Shown here one piece after another: positions 17,115-25,882 of a DNA stretch of 43,407 bases (position 1 is its first letter; every line of letters starts with the position of its first letter). The stretch is from a virus (lineage: Duplodnaviria; Caudoviricetes). The notes below the pieces were generated by a model that searched no databases, was not told the origin of the DNA, and was given only the letters and a program-made list of their open reading frames with translations. The DNA is taken from the IMG/VR virus record IMGVR_UViG_3300011437_000007, positions 1-43,407 of that record; one strand, 5' to 3'. Both the position numbers and the translations under genes were made by a program.

Positions 17115-17342
17115 TCATCGGCGCGGTCTCCATTCGCCGTCTACGCGATCGCGTTCTTCGTCCCAATCCTCACGACTCGAGGGATAGGATTCACCGATGA
17201 CCGACAGGCGGCCACCACACGGACAGCGTTCGCCATTGACGGTTTGATCGTGGTGATACTCCCGCTCTTGTCCACACGTGCCACACCGGGCCACCTGTCG
17301 AATTTGATAGGGCGCTGGACGCCGGTAGTCAGTCATACACAC
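17115..17342 (-). CDS. Small Zn-ribbon hypothetical protein
   Basis: CGTC..CPCGG. Confidence 0.55.
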   Translation of the reverse strand: MCMTDYRRPAPYQIRQVARCGTCGQEREYHHDQTVNGERCPCGGRLSVIGESYPSSREDWDEERDRVDGEWRPRR

Positions 17343-17633
17343 TCGCGGTCTGGAGTTGGATTACACTTGGCAGAAGTCGGTGCCGCACAGCGATCAGGCT
17401 GTGGGGAATCGATTAGGGGCGCGGCGAGACTCCTACTCTCCGCGTTCCGACCTAATCCTACCACTTTCGCCATTCCCGTCATAGTGAACTTTCGCCTACG
17501 CCGCCGAGTCCATCTCGAGTGGCCGATCGTCGCCGTCTGGTCCTGGTGCAGATGTCTTCTCTGGTTCGGGATCGGTCGGGCTGGGACTGTCGAGCTCGAC
17601 GGCGCCCAAATGCTGGTCTGACATGGGTTCCTC

Positions 17634-18224
17634 CTACTTGATGCGTTCGTACGTGTCATCGTGCCGTGGGAGATCGCCCTTCCAGCGATGCCCGTGCACA
17701 ATCGAGAAGATCATGGACGTGCTAACACCAAACTCAGTTGCTAAGTGGTTCTGTTTAGCGCCTTTAGACCAACGTGCACGGATAGTAATCACGTTTTCCG
17801 AGGTGAGCTTCGACAATGGATGTCGTTCACCAGAGATACCGCGCCGCTTAGTAACCATGTCCTGGGTGTTGTCTTTTGGGGTGCCGAGAAACAGATGCTC
17901 CGGATTTACGCACCGCCTGACATCGCATTGGTGACAAATACACATGCCTTTGGGAACTGGGCCATGTTGTGTCTCCCAGATATAGCGATGCGCGCCGATG
18001 CTGTTGCCATTCAACCAGAACGAGCCGTACCCGGCCCTTTGGGTTCCGGTCCACATCCAGCAACTACCAGTCTTTTCCACCTGAGCCCAGAATCTATCCT
18101 GCGCGGTACGCCTTGATGCTTGCCTGCACTCTGGAGAGCAATGCCGCGTCTTACCCTCTCGCACCTTAGAGGGACTGCGCTTAAATGGATTCCCACAGTT
18201 AAGGCAGTGATACATAACTGGCAT
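17634..18224 (-). CDS. HNH endonuclease with N-terminal Zn finger and C-terminal HTH
   Basis: CLNC..CSPEC; RFWAQVEK..CWMW..AHR..CHQCDVRRCVNPEHLFLGTPKDNTQD; SKLT..V..IR. Confidence 0.92.
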   Translation of the reverse strand: MPVMYHCLNCGNPFKRSPSKVREGKTRHCSPECRQASRRTAQDRFWAQVEKTGSCWMWTGTQRAGYGSFWLNGNSIGAHRYIWETQHGPVPKGMCICHQCDVRRCVNPEHLFLGTPKDNTQDMVTKRRGISGERHPLSKLTSENVITIRARWSKGAKQNHLATEFGVSTSMIFSIVHGHRWKGDLPRHDDTYERIK

Positions 18225-18677
18225 TTAACGAACCTTCCGCGCACGCGGGCGCGACTTCGCAAACTTCAACGCGCTGTAGTCGATACTCATGAAGCCATCC
18301 GATGTTGAATGTAGGTCTCAAGGAGCTTCGACCGCCACGGACGCAAGACTGTCAACGCTTCTGTGATGGCCGGCTCCAAAATAATCGCCACGCCTTCAGT
18401 AAACTCTAGTGTGGCGATTAGGATCTCGGCTTCTTCGCGTGTGAGTTCAATCGTCATGACTGAAATGTCCGTACCTCGTGTCCGATAAACCGTTCCAGCG
18501 GCTCCATGTGATGCCCGTCCTCGACCACATACCCCCACACCCCTGGTTGCCGCTTCAGCCCGTGGTACGTGACTGGTGTGCCCCAGCCTTGCCAGCCACA
18601 GGCCGGGTTCGTACAGCGATACACCGTGTCGCCGTAGGCCTTCGCGCGCTGGGCTGCCACGTAGGCGGAGGTGATGA

Positions 18678-18869
18678 TCACGATGCCTCTCGCTTCGTGT
18701 GGATCAACGTGTCCACCATCGGCTCCGGGATCCGGAACACATCCACGAGGACCATCCGGGGCGTGAACTGGTGCCGCTCGATCCAGTACGCCACCGAGCG
18801 TACCGTCGCGGGTTGAATCGGCACACCAGCCCGCTTCAGGAGACTCATGGTTTCGTCGAGTGGCGTCAC
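18678..18869 (-). CDS. Hypothetical protein
   Basis: 63-aa ORF coupled to the exonuclease stop. Confidence 0.5.
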   Translation of the reverse strand: MTPLDETMSLLKRAGVPIQPATVRSVAYWIERHQFTPRMVLVDVFRIPEPMVDTLIHTKREAS

Positions 18870-19546
18870 AGCACCAGCTCCGGCTGTTCGCTGAGAATGC
18901 CCAGCCGCCGCGCCAGCTTGGCCGTGGTGAGGATGTCGGATTCGCAGTGACGTCCCACCGCATCCCAGTTCCCTTCGGCCACCAGCGCGCCCACGTCCTT
19001 GCCTTGGGTCGGATCGTCTACCTCGATCCCGAACCGGCGTGCATAGAACCTCAGCCCGTGTGTCTTGATCGCCCCGTCGAAGTTGAGAATGGTCATGAGG
19101 TCATCCACGTCGGGATGGCGGTACTTGCCCATCTGGATCGGCCTGGTCGGGATGCCCAGATACTGCGAGCGCCGAATGATCACCGGTAAATCAAAAGCGA
19201 TAACGTTGAACCCAATCAGCCGCGGATAGGGATACGGCCCGATCGCGTTCCAGAACGACTCCAGGACCACGCGCTCCTCGGCTTCGGTCTCCGCCAACAT
19301 CACCACCCAGTCGTGATCGTCGGTGTACCGTCCGAGCGCCACGATGCGGCAGAGGTCGGGGTCGAGCGCACACTTGCCGAGCTGCGATTCCGTTTCTTTC
19401 TCGACGTATTTCTTGATCGCATCTTCCTTGACGTAATTGGATGGCGCGGCCACAGGCTCGAGATAGTCCTTCGCCCCGTCAATGGCATAGGTCTCGACGT
19501 CAAAGACCATCGCACGCCGATAACTGTTCTCTCCGTTCAAGCCCAT
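18866..19546 (-). CDS. DnaQ/PolB-like 3'-5' exonuclease
   Basis: ExoI FDVET, ExoII GFNVIAFDLP, ExoIII HCESD. Confidence 0.88.
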   Translation of the reverse strand: MGLNGENSYRRAMVFDVETYAIDGAKDYLEPVAAPSNYVKEDAIKKYVEKETESQLGKCALDPDLCRIVALGRYTDDHDWVVMLAETEAEERVVLESFWNAIGPYPYPRLIGFNVIAFDLPVIIRRSQYLGIPTRPIQMGKYRHPDVDDLMTILNFDGAIKTHGLRFYARRFGIEVDDPTQGKDVGALVAEGNWDAVGRHCESDILTTAKLARRLGILSEQPELVL

Positions 19547-19554
19547 GCGTCACC

Positions 19555-19965
19555 TCAAAACGGAATTTCGTCGTCGCTGAGTTCGGCGTCGTGATCGATA
19601 TCAGCTGGTGGCGGCGGCGGGATGGGCTTAGTCATGCGCGACATGCCAGGCTTCACCGCGGCTTTGACGCGGATGCAATCCACCGTATCGCCGGCAAACT
19701 GTGTCTCGGTCGCGAACAGCCGAATCTTGTGACCGTCCCATTCCTCGGTGATCGCGCTGCCGGTGAGCTCCGTGATCTTGTTCGCGTTCGTCTTGTTGAG
19801 GACGAGCCCCTTCTCTTTGTGGTGGAAGTACAGCACCGCTTTCATTTCCTTCTTCTGGCCGACCGGCTCGAACTCCACACGGCTCATGGTGACGACCGGC
19901 TCCGCCCCTTGGAGGTCGGAGGCTTTCAGGTATTTGCTGGGGAACGCGTCATTGATGTTGGGCAT
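19555..19965 (-). CDS. Single-stranded DNA-binding protein
   Basis: PSKYLKASDL..LVLNKTN family pattern; acidic SSB tail DDEIPF. Confidence 0.8.
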   Translation of the reverse strand: MPNINDAFPSKYLKASDLQGAEPVVTMSRVEFEPVGQKKEMKAVLYFHHKEKGLVLNKTNANKITELTGSAITEEWDGHKIRLFATETQFAGDTVDCIRVKAAVKPGMSRMTKPIPPPPPADIDHDAELSDDEIPF

Positions 19966-20197
19966 AGACGTCTGATCTCTTTTCTTGTTGGGGTTGAAGC
20001 TGCCACTGTGCCGCCTGCTCGAGCGCGATCGCCCCGAAGGTGCCCGCCAGGCGCGCATGCAGGCGAATCTCCTCGAGCGGCGCATTCTCCAACATGCCGT
20101 GAATGGCTCGGCGTCCGAAGATTTCGGCCCAATCGGCGGGCGTGCGGCTGGGATAGGATAGATAGGAGCGTGGGCTGGGTTGGGGTTCGTACCACAT
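19949..20197 (-). CDS. Hypothetical protein
   Basis: ATG after an AGGAGA RBS; overlaps the SSB start. Confidence 0.5.
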   Translation of the reverse strand: MWYEPQPSPRSYLSYPSRTPADWAEIFGRRAIHGMLENAPLEEIRLHARLAGTFGAIALEQAAQWQLQPQQEKRSDVYAQHQ

Positions 20198-20243
20198 GCA
20201 AAAATCTCCTCTTAGGGGCGCCGCGTCAACGGCGCCTTTTCGT

Positions 20244-20531
20244 TTACGCCGATCCTGCTTCTTCTCGACGTTTCGCTCTCGTAATCGCCTGTTCCCATTG
20301 ACGCTGCACCACGTCGCGCGCATCACAGGTGGCTTCGTGTGCCATCAAGTCCATGACGCCAAAAAAGCCGGTCCGGCAAAACACACACTGATAGGTACGG
20401 CGGGCTTCTGCGGCATGTCGCGCGGCGATCGTGCTCGCGGCATGGCCCGTCGCTGTCGTGAAGAACCGCCGATTCGGCACAGCGCCCTTGTTTTGCGGAC
20501 GGTTTCTTTGCGCACTACTACGCGTGCTCAT
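20244..20531 (-). CDS. Zn-finger hypothetical protein
   Basis: YQCVFC...F.....L..HEATC (C2HC-like). Confidence 0.5.
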   Translation of the reverse strand: MSTRSSAQRNRPQNKGAVPNRRFFTTATGHAASTIAARHAAEARRTYQCVFCRTGFFGVMDLMAHEATCDARDVVQRQWEQAITRAKRREEAGSA

Positions 20532-20541
20532 TAGTTCGCCT

Positions 20542-20898
20542 TCAAAACAGCCCAGGTTGATTCGCCGCGCGCCCCGTCTCCCCCTGCTCAGACATGATCT
20601 GAGGGCGCGGAGGGTCTTGGATGATCCAGGTGTAGGCGCGCCGCCCCGTCACGCGGCATGCACGTTTATCACTGGTGGCGACGAGGCCCTTGTCCAACAT
20701 GTTCGTCAAACGAGGACGTACCGCATTCGGATCCATCACGAGATCGTCCGCCTGCAACCATCGCGTCAACTCGTATGCTGTCGGTGCTGGTCCAGTCCAT
20801 GCCTTGAGCGCGTCGTAGACAATCTGTTCACGTCGCTGCAGGGAGGACTGCAGCTCGGCAAACACGGCGCGCGAGGTATCGCGGACCTTCTTCTTCAT
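20542..20898 (-). CDS. Winged-HTH DNA-binding protein
   Basis: TAYEL..NAVRPRLTNMLDKGLV..RAC.VTGR. Confidence 0.7.
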   Translation of the reverse strand: MKKKVRDTSRAVFAELQSSLQRREQIVYDALKAWTGPAPTAYELTRWLQADDLVMDPNAVRPRLTNMLDKGLVATSDKRACRVTGRRAYTWIIQDPPRPQIMSEQGETGRAANQPGLF

Positions 20899-21662
20899 GC
20901 GCCCATCTCCATTGGTAGCGCGCCTTGTGCGAGACGCTTCGCCGCGATCTCGCAGTACTTCTCCTCTAACTCGATGCCAATGGCTTTACGACCTAATCGC
21001 TTGGCTGCTACCAACGTAGTGCCGCTGCCCATAAAGGGATCGAGAATCGTTTCGTCAGGATCGGTGAACAGAGTGACGAGCTCGCACATCAACGGTTCAG
21101 GTTTCGGGCATGGATGATCTGGTCGATCCACCTTGCAAGTTCCATACGTCCAGACAGCCGGACGCCCTCCACCGTTCCACCGCATACGCATAAGCCCGTG
21201 AGCATGACAAATCGTTGCAGGCTCGAAGCCCGTTCCTGGCCTGTCCCCGCTCATCTGCGGCATAGCGTCAGGCTTTACCCATACGCCGGTTCGCACATAC
21301 CTCATTCCGCGCTGCTGGAGTTCAATCCGCCACTCATGACAGGTTTCCACATCTGAAAACACAATCGCCCACCGCTTCGTGATGCGACTGATCGCTTCAG
21401 CCACATAACTGCGCATCCCATCGTCCATAACACCAATCTCTCCGGCCCCCATCTTCCGCAATGATTCGCCTCGCCGCTTCAGTTCTCTCGCTGAGTAGCC
21501 TTTGTCCGTCGCCGTGACGCGGGCCGCGCGCACATATACATCGCGGGAATACGGCGGATCTGTAATCACATGATCGACCGGCTCAGGCAGAGGCAACAGA
21601 TCTCGACAATCCCCGTGGTAGATCGTCACGCCGTCCTGCTCGTAGTAGGGCGTCAGAGCCAT
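20895..21662 (-). CDS. DNA adenine/N4-cytosine methyltransferase, beta class (orphan)
   Basis: ITDPPY catalytic motif precedes the ILDPFMGSGTT SAM-binding motif; HPCPKP. Confidence 0.93.
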   Translation of the reverse strand: MALTPYYEQDGVTIYHGDCRDLLPLPEPVDHVITDPPYSRDVYVRAARVTATDKGYSARELKRRGESLRKMGAGEIGVMDDGMRSYVAEAISRITKRWAIVFSDVETCHEWRIELQQRGMRYVRTGVWVKPDAMPQMSGDRPGTGFEPATICHAHGLMRMRWNGGGRPAVWTYGTCKVDRPDHPCPKPEPLMCELVTLFTDPDETILDPFMGSGTTLVAAKRLGRKAIGIELEEKYCEIAAKRLAQGALPMEMGA

Positions 21663-21804
21663 CGTTTCTCCGTGAGCAACCCGGCCCCATACGCGATCGC
21701 AGCAGCTAGACTCGCGAAGATCACCCGCATGTCTGTCCGCTCCGTCACCGCCACGGTGTACAGGTTCGCCACAATCAGCACGCCTAAGAACAACTGAAAG
21801 GTCA

Positions 21805-22086
21805 TCATGCGGTCCACTTCTTCCGACGCTCGGCCTGCCGCTTTTGAAACTCGAACTGCTGCCTCACCACCAGGGCCACTTGCTGTCGACGTTCAAATGT
21901 GTCCGACGCGGGATAATCGCTCTGGCCTAACACCTTTTCGCACCGAGGACACCGCCACTGGATCGCCGTGTCCGAGACGCGTGCATGCACGGGAATGTCA
22001 TGGAACCCAAACCAACATCGAAGCATCGCTGAACCCCTCATCATGGTGTGTTGGAGAACTGGGGGGAGCTGTGTGCTACGAATCAC
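21805..22086 (-). CDS. Hypothetical protein
   Basis: C..G.H..CPRC; coupled ORF. Confidence 0.55.
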   Translation of the reverse strand: MIRSTQLPPVLQHTMMRGSAMLRCWFGFHDIPVHARVSDTAIQWRCPRCEKVLGQSDYPASDTFERRQQVALVVRQQFEFQKRQAERRKKWTA

Positions 22087-22433
22087 GTACGCCTCTTTTC
22101 CTCAATCGTGACCGACCGCTTGACGTCGAAGTACTCACCGCAGACTTCCAACGCCAACAGGGGCAACAGTTCCCGCCAGACCGCTGGAGGCCAGTCCGCC
22201 ACCATCTCGTGAAACCACAACTTGTGATCGGTGAGGCCGCTGATCTTCTTGGAGGTTTGCGCCTTGTCGTCACCCAAGGCTTTCGACTGAATCCCGCTGC
22301 GGGCAATGGCGAGCTTGACGAGATTCGCGGCTGTGACAATCGCGTGGTCAGTGAGCTTCGCCTTTGCCGGTTGGAGTTTGCCAACCGTGTTGAGACGACT
22401 TAGGGCGGTTGACCGCGCTATAGTGCTGCTCAT
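22083..22433 (-). CDS. CII-position regulatory protein (putative)
   Basis: Follows cro (after the HNH insert); HTH-like 'SKALGDDKAQTSKKISG'. Confidence 0.5.
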   Translation of the reverse strand: MSSTIARSTALSRLNTVGKLQPAKAKLTDHAIVTAANLVKLAIARSGIQSKALGDDKAQTSKKISGLTDHKLWFHEMVADWPPAVWRELLPLLALEVCGEYFDVKRSVTIEEKRRT

Positions 22434-22924
22434 GCCACCCGGTTCCTCGTTCTGGCGTGCCGGCGACGATGCGCAGCAGACAGTGCCGCGCGATGGTCAT
22501 CCGAGAACTTGCGTCCCTTCTGTGTGTGCGCGTGAGGCGAGCGCCGCCCCTTTTTATCCATGTCCCGGATGTTGTCGAGTTGAGTGCCGAGGAAGAGATG
22601 AGCCGGATTTACACAGGGCGGATTGTCGCAACGATGCAGGACCGACAGCCCCTGCGGAATCGGCCCGCGAGCGATCTCCCATGCGCCGCGATGCGCGAGC
22701 TTCGTTTGCTGCGCGGCCGTATCCCAGTAGACGCCGTAGCCGCGATTCTTGGCGAGCGCTCCAGACCACAGCCAACACGACGCAGGCGAAAGCTCGGAAT
22801 TGGTGTTTCGTCGGAAGAACTCGGACGCGGATTCCGTCTGTTCTATGCTAATTTCATACGGCGACCGTGGCTGTAAGTCATTGTTTTGTAAGGAGATATA
22901 ACATTCCTTATTAGACTCAGTCAT
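22430..22924 (-). CDS. HNH endonuclease with NUMOD3-like tail
   Basis: CWLWSG..GYG..AHRGAW..VLHRCDNPPCVNPAHLFLGTQLDNIRD; KGRKFSDDHRAALSAA. Confidence 0.88.
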   Translation of the reverse strand: MTESNKECYISLQNNDLQPRSPYEISIEQTESASEFFRRNTNSELSPASCWLWSGALAKNRGYGVYWDTAAQQTKLAHRGAWEIARGPIPQGLSVLHRCDNPPCVNPAHLFLGTQLDNIRDMDKKGRRSPHAHTQKGRKFSDDHRAALSAAHRRRHARTRNRVA

Positions 22925-23156
22925 GCACATCACCTGCAAGTGGCTGTGCCGGAGAGGCATTGTGGACGAGCGACTCAATCGGGATGTTCGCTAAGTCGGC
23001 GATGCGGAGCGCGAGATCGAGGGGGGGATTCTGTATCCCATTGGCAATGCGGGAGATATAAGACTGAGAGACTCCAATCCGTCGCGCAAAGGCGGTCTGG
23101 CTCTCGCCGCTTTTCTCCAGATACTGTGCCAAATTGGGATATATTCGGCGTTTCAT
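22917..23156 (-). CDS. Cro-like XRE HTH regulator
   Basis: SQTAFARRIGVSQSYISRIANG..PPLDLALRIA; first gene of the early operon, divergent from the repressor. Confidence 0.88.
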   Translation of the reverse strand: MKRRIYPNLAQYLEKSGESQTAFARRIGVSQSYISRIANGIQNPPLDLALRIADLANIPIESLVHNASPAQPLAGDVHD

Positions 23157-23167
23157 AGATACGCGGA

Positions 23168-23196
23168 AGTATGCCTAAAAGGTATCGCTGTGTCAA
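23168..23196 (-). promoter_or_regulatory. Early (PR-like) sigma70 promoter with operator-like palindrome
   Basis: TTGACA-N17-CATACT upstream of cro. Imperfect palindrome ATGCCT-AAA-AGGTAT (23171-23185) overlaps the -10 and spacer. Confidence 0.75.
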
Positions 23197-23280
23197 GTGG
23201 ATCCGCGCCTGGTTATGACTATTTCAGCAACTAATTACTAGGCAACGACTTAGGGCATCCGGCTGACGCCGATTCTTCTC

Positions 23281-23309
23281 TTGCATAGTCGTCTTTCGAT
23301 TTGTAGGTT
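23281..23309 (+). promoter_or_regulatory. PRM-like promoter for the repressor (near-leaderless)
   Basis: TTGCAT-N17-TAGGTT, 10 nt before ATG 23320; no SD. Confidence 0.5.
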
Positions 23310-23319
23310 AGACGCTGAT

Positions 23320-23673
23320 ATGCCGAAGGCGTCTGAGCGCATCGTGGCGCGCGTGCGTCGCTGCATGGATGACCGGCGGATGTCCCAAACCAAGCTCGCG
23401 GGGTTGATGGGCAAGACGCAATCCTGGTTATCGCGGCGACTGAGCGGGGCTCAAAGTTTTCGGCTGCGCGACCTCGATCGACTGGCCGACATTTTCGAAA
23501 TCACGATCCCGGAATTGTTCTTTGATGAGTATGGACAGTGGGATCGAAGATCGAAAACTGATCGGCGAAAGTCCGAACGGCGTCAGTCACAACGCACGAT
23601 TTTCGATGCGAAGGTTGAACTCACCTCCACCATCGCGCGACTGTCCTTTCCTACTACGCGCGAACATGAATAA
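23320..23673 (+). CDS. CI-like repressor: XRE HTH with (D/E)RR-repeat C-terminus
   Basis: MSQTKLAGLMGKTQSWLSRRLSG; divergent from cro; no S24 peptidase domain. Confidence 0.8.
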   Translation: MPKASERIVARVRRCMDDRRMSQTKLAGLMGKTQSWLSRRLSGAQSFRLRDLDRLADIFEITIPELFFDEYGQWDRRSKTDRRKSERRQSQRTIFDAKVELTSTIARLSFPTTREHE

Positions 23674-23682
23674 GTCTCAGTC

Positions 23683-23865
23683 TCACCGCACCTCTAGCAC
23701 GTGCTCCGCGTGGACGGCGCCAGCCGTCGTCACGAGCAGCTTCTTGCCGGTGTCCGTCATCTGCACATACTCCACCTTGCTGTAGATGATGCGCGTGTAG
23801 TCAAAGAACGCGATCCAGTCGCCGACTTTCAGATCCTTGGGTTTCGGGAGGAGTGAGGGGGTCAT
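23683..23865 (-). CDS. Hypothetical protein
   Basis: 60-aa ORF with an AAGGAG RBS. Confidence 0.55.
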   Translation of the reverse strand: MTPSLLPKPKDLKVGDWIAFFDYTRIIYSKVEYVQMTDTGKKLLVTTAGAVHAEHVLEVR

Positions 23866-24020
23866 GAATGGCGCTCCTTGTGGTCGATAGTTACCGCAGC
23901 AGTACGATGGCTCACGTGACGGGGCCGAACGACTCACCAGTGACGCGCTGACGCCCCTGTCGTCTGTCCTCACGCCTACCCCAGAACGTCAGGACGCCCA
24001 GACAGGCCCTCGTCAGCGCG

Positions 24021-24188
24021 TCAACTCTCACCCGTTTCCTCAAACACCCGACGCAGCATGTCGGCTTGCGGATCCACGGGCTTCCATTCGAACGTCTTGC
24101 TACAGCATCGGCAGAAATGCCAGACCGACGAGCCTTCCACCGGCTCCGTATTCGTGCTCGAGCAGAAGGGACATTTTTCGCCGGGCAT
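24021..24188 (-). CDS. Small Zn-ribbon protein (55 aa, below the ORF-track cutoff)
   Basis: MPGEKCPFC...FCRCCSKTF; AAGGAG RBS. Confidence 0.55.
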   Translation of the reverse strand: MPGEKCPFCSSTNTEPVEGSSVWHFCRCCSKTFEWKPVDPQADMLRRVFEETGES

Positions 24189-24311
24189 GGCAGGCGCTCC
24201 TTAGGGCTTCATGTGCAGATCGACCAACTTGCGATCGATCGACTGCACCTGGGCCAGGATGGCGGCGAGTAACCGGGCGACCGCCCGCAGCGTCTCGTCG
24301 TCGGCCACCAT

Positions 24312-24488
24312 TCACCCGTGCGGATCGGTCTCCGCCAGGAACGCGCGCCCCTTGGCGATGATGTGCTCACGCCGCGCCTGAAATTCCGCAATCACCTGGT
24401 CGTCGGTGGCGTCCGGTCGGCGCCGGAGAATTGCGGCTATCTCCGGTATGATCAGATTTACCAGCAGGACTTCAATCAGCCCATTCAC
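24312..24488 (-). CDS. Small protein in the lysis cassette (58 aa)
   Basis: GTGA overlap with the lipoprotein stop; amphipathic N-terminus. Confidence 0.5.
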   Translation of the reverse strand: MNGLIEVLLVNLIIPEIAAILRRRPDATDDQVIAEFQARREHIIAKGRAFLAETDPHG

Positions 24489-24874
24489 TTCACACCTCCC
24501 CCGAGTAGTTCATCGACCACCGCGGCCGCAACAGCCAGTTCCCCGCCGGGCCGCAACACCGCCAGATCATTCTTCGCTTGCGTCCAGGCTTGCCGGGCGA
24601 GCGCTTGCCAGCCCTGCGTGGCCGCGTCCGCAATCTCGGCAATATTCACGGTGGCAAAGACCACGGCGCGCGTCGTATCCAGTGGCAGGGTGCCGTTCTT
24701 ATGCGCCGCCAGCGCCGCATCCTGGAGCCGCTCGACGCGTCGCAACACTTCGTTCGCCGTGTACGCCGCTTGCCCGGCTGGCGTGACGACGGTCACCGGA
24801 GGATTGCACGCGGGCAGGACGGGCACAGACCCCATCAACAGCACGAGCACAAGGAAGATTCTCAAACGTTTCAT
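24485..24874 (-). CDS. Lipoprotein, spanin-like
   Basis: Signal peptide MKRLRIFLVLVLL with lipobox LPAC; in the lysis region; AAGGAG RBS. Confidence 0.65.
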   Translation of the reverse strand: MKRLRIFLVLVLLMGSVPVLPACNPPVTVVTPAGQAAYTANEVLRRVERLQDAALAAHKNGTLPLDTTRAVVFATVNIAEIADAATQGWQALARQAWTQAKNDLAVLRPGGELAVAAAVVDELLGGGVK

Positions 24875-24912
24875 CGGGTTTCTCCTTAGCAGCATGGGGT
24901 AAAATTACCTCC

Positions 24913-25341
24913 ATGTTGCCTGATCGGTTCTGGGCGAAAGTCGAGAAGACTGACACGTGCTGGATCTGGCGTGGAGCAAGGAGCGCACGCGGGTACGGTC
25001 AACTTCGCGTGAATGGCCGAGCGGAGTACTCGCACCGCTTGATCTACGAATCTGAAGTTGGCCCAATCGGTCCAGGTCAATTCGTCCTTCACCATTGCGA
25101 CAACCCGCCGTGTTGTCGTCCAGATCATTTGTTCGCCGGATCGCCAGCAATGAACGTGGCGGACATGGTAAGAAAGAATCGTCATCAGACGTGTTGTCGC
25201 CTGACGCCTGATGACGTTCTCCAGATCCGAGCGATGTACCGCCCCGGCATCATCAAACAGCAAGAGTTGGCCGACCTGTTCGGGGTAGCCCAAACAACCA
25301 TCTGTTACGCGATCCGTTACGGTTGGAAGCATGTCCCTTAG
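24913..25341 (+). CDS. HNH endonuclease, antisense
   Basis: RFWAKVEK..CWIW..GYG..SHR..VLHHCDNPPCCRPDHL..N..D; C-terminal HTH. Confidence 0.9.
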   Translation: MLPDRFWAKVEKTDTCWIWRGARSARGYGQLRVNGRAEYSHRLIYESEVGPIGPGQFVLHHCDNPPCCRPDHLFAGSPAMNVADMVRKNRHQTCCRLTPDDVLQIRAMYRPGIIKQQELADLFGVAQTTICYAIRYGWKHVP

Positions 25342-25871
25342 GTGGACCACGCTTTATCCAGCACAGGCTCTGATGATAGAGACCGACCGCGGCGCACGAC
25401 CATATCGTAAAAACCTTGTTGTGCGGCCCACTGCCACGCCACGTCTTTGAACACCTTCCACGAGATGCCCGTAATCGTCAGGGCCATGCCGGTGTCATCA
25501 AACACGCTCCCGTTGATGGCCACGTTGATCCCGAATGAGGTGAGCACCGCGAGGCCGAAGCCCCAGAATGCTTTCACCTGAGATGTCGTCTTCTCACTGA
25601 GTAATGGGAACCATGCCGTCCGCTTCAGGTGATTCATGAAGTAGCTGGCAATCAGTGCCCACATCACCTGATCCCCGGAATGATCGGGCGCTGCGGGTGA
25701 CGGGACTTCCGTCGTCGGCAGGGCTGGCTGATCAGGGATCACTTCAGAGGGTGGCGTCACCGCCACATCAGGGACGGGTACCGGCTCCTGTGCGCGCACG
25801 AGGAACCCGGCATTCCACGCGATATACATCAAGACCGCGATCAGGAAAAACCGTTGCATGGGATGGCTCAT
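25338..25871 (-). CDS. Multi-TM membrane protein, holin candidate
   Basis: N-terminal signal/TM, Pro-rich linker, two or three further hydrophobic helices; in the lysis region. Confidence 0.55.
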   Translation of the reverse strand: MSHPMQRFFLIAVLMYIAWNAGFLVRAQEPVPVPDVAVTPPSEVIPDQPALPTTEVPSPAAPDHSGDQVMWALIASYFMNHLKRTAWFPLLSEKTTSQVKAFWGFGLAVLTSFGINVAINGSVFDDTGMALTITGISWKVFKDVAWQWAAQQGFYDMVVRRGRSLSSEPVLDKAWST

Positions 25872-25882
25872 CTCACACTCCT

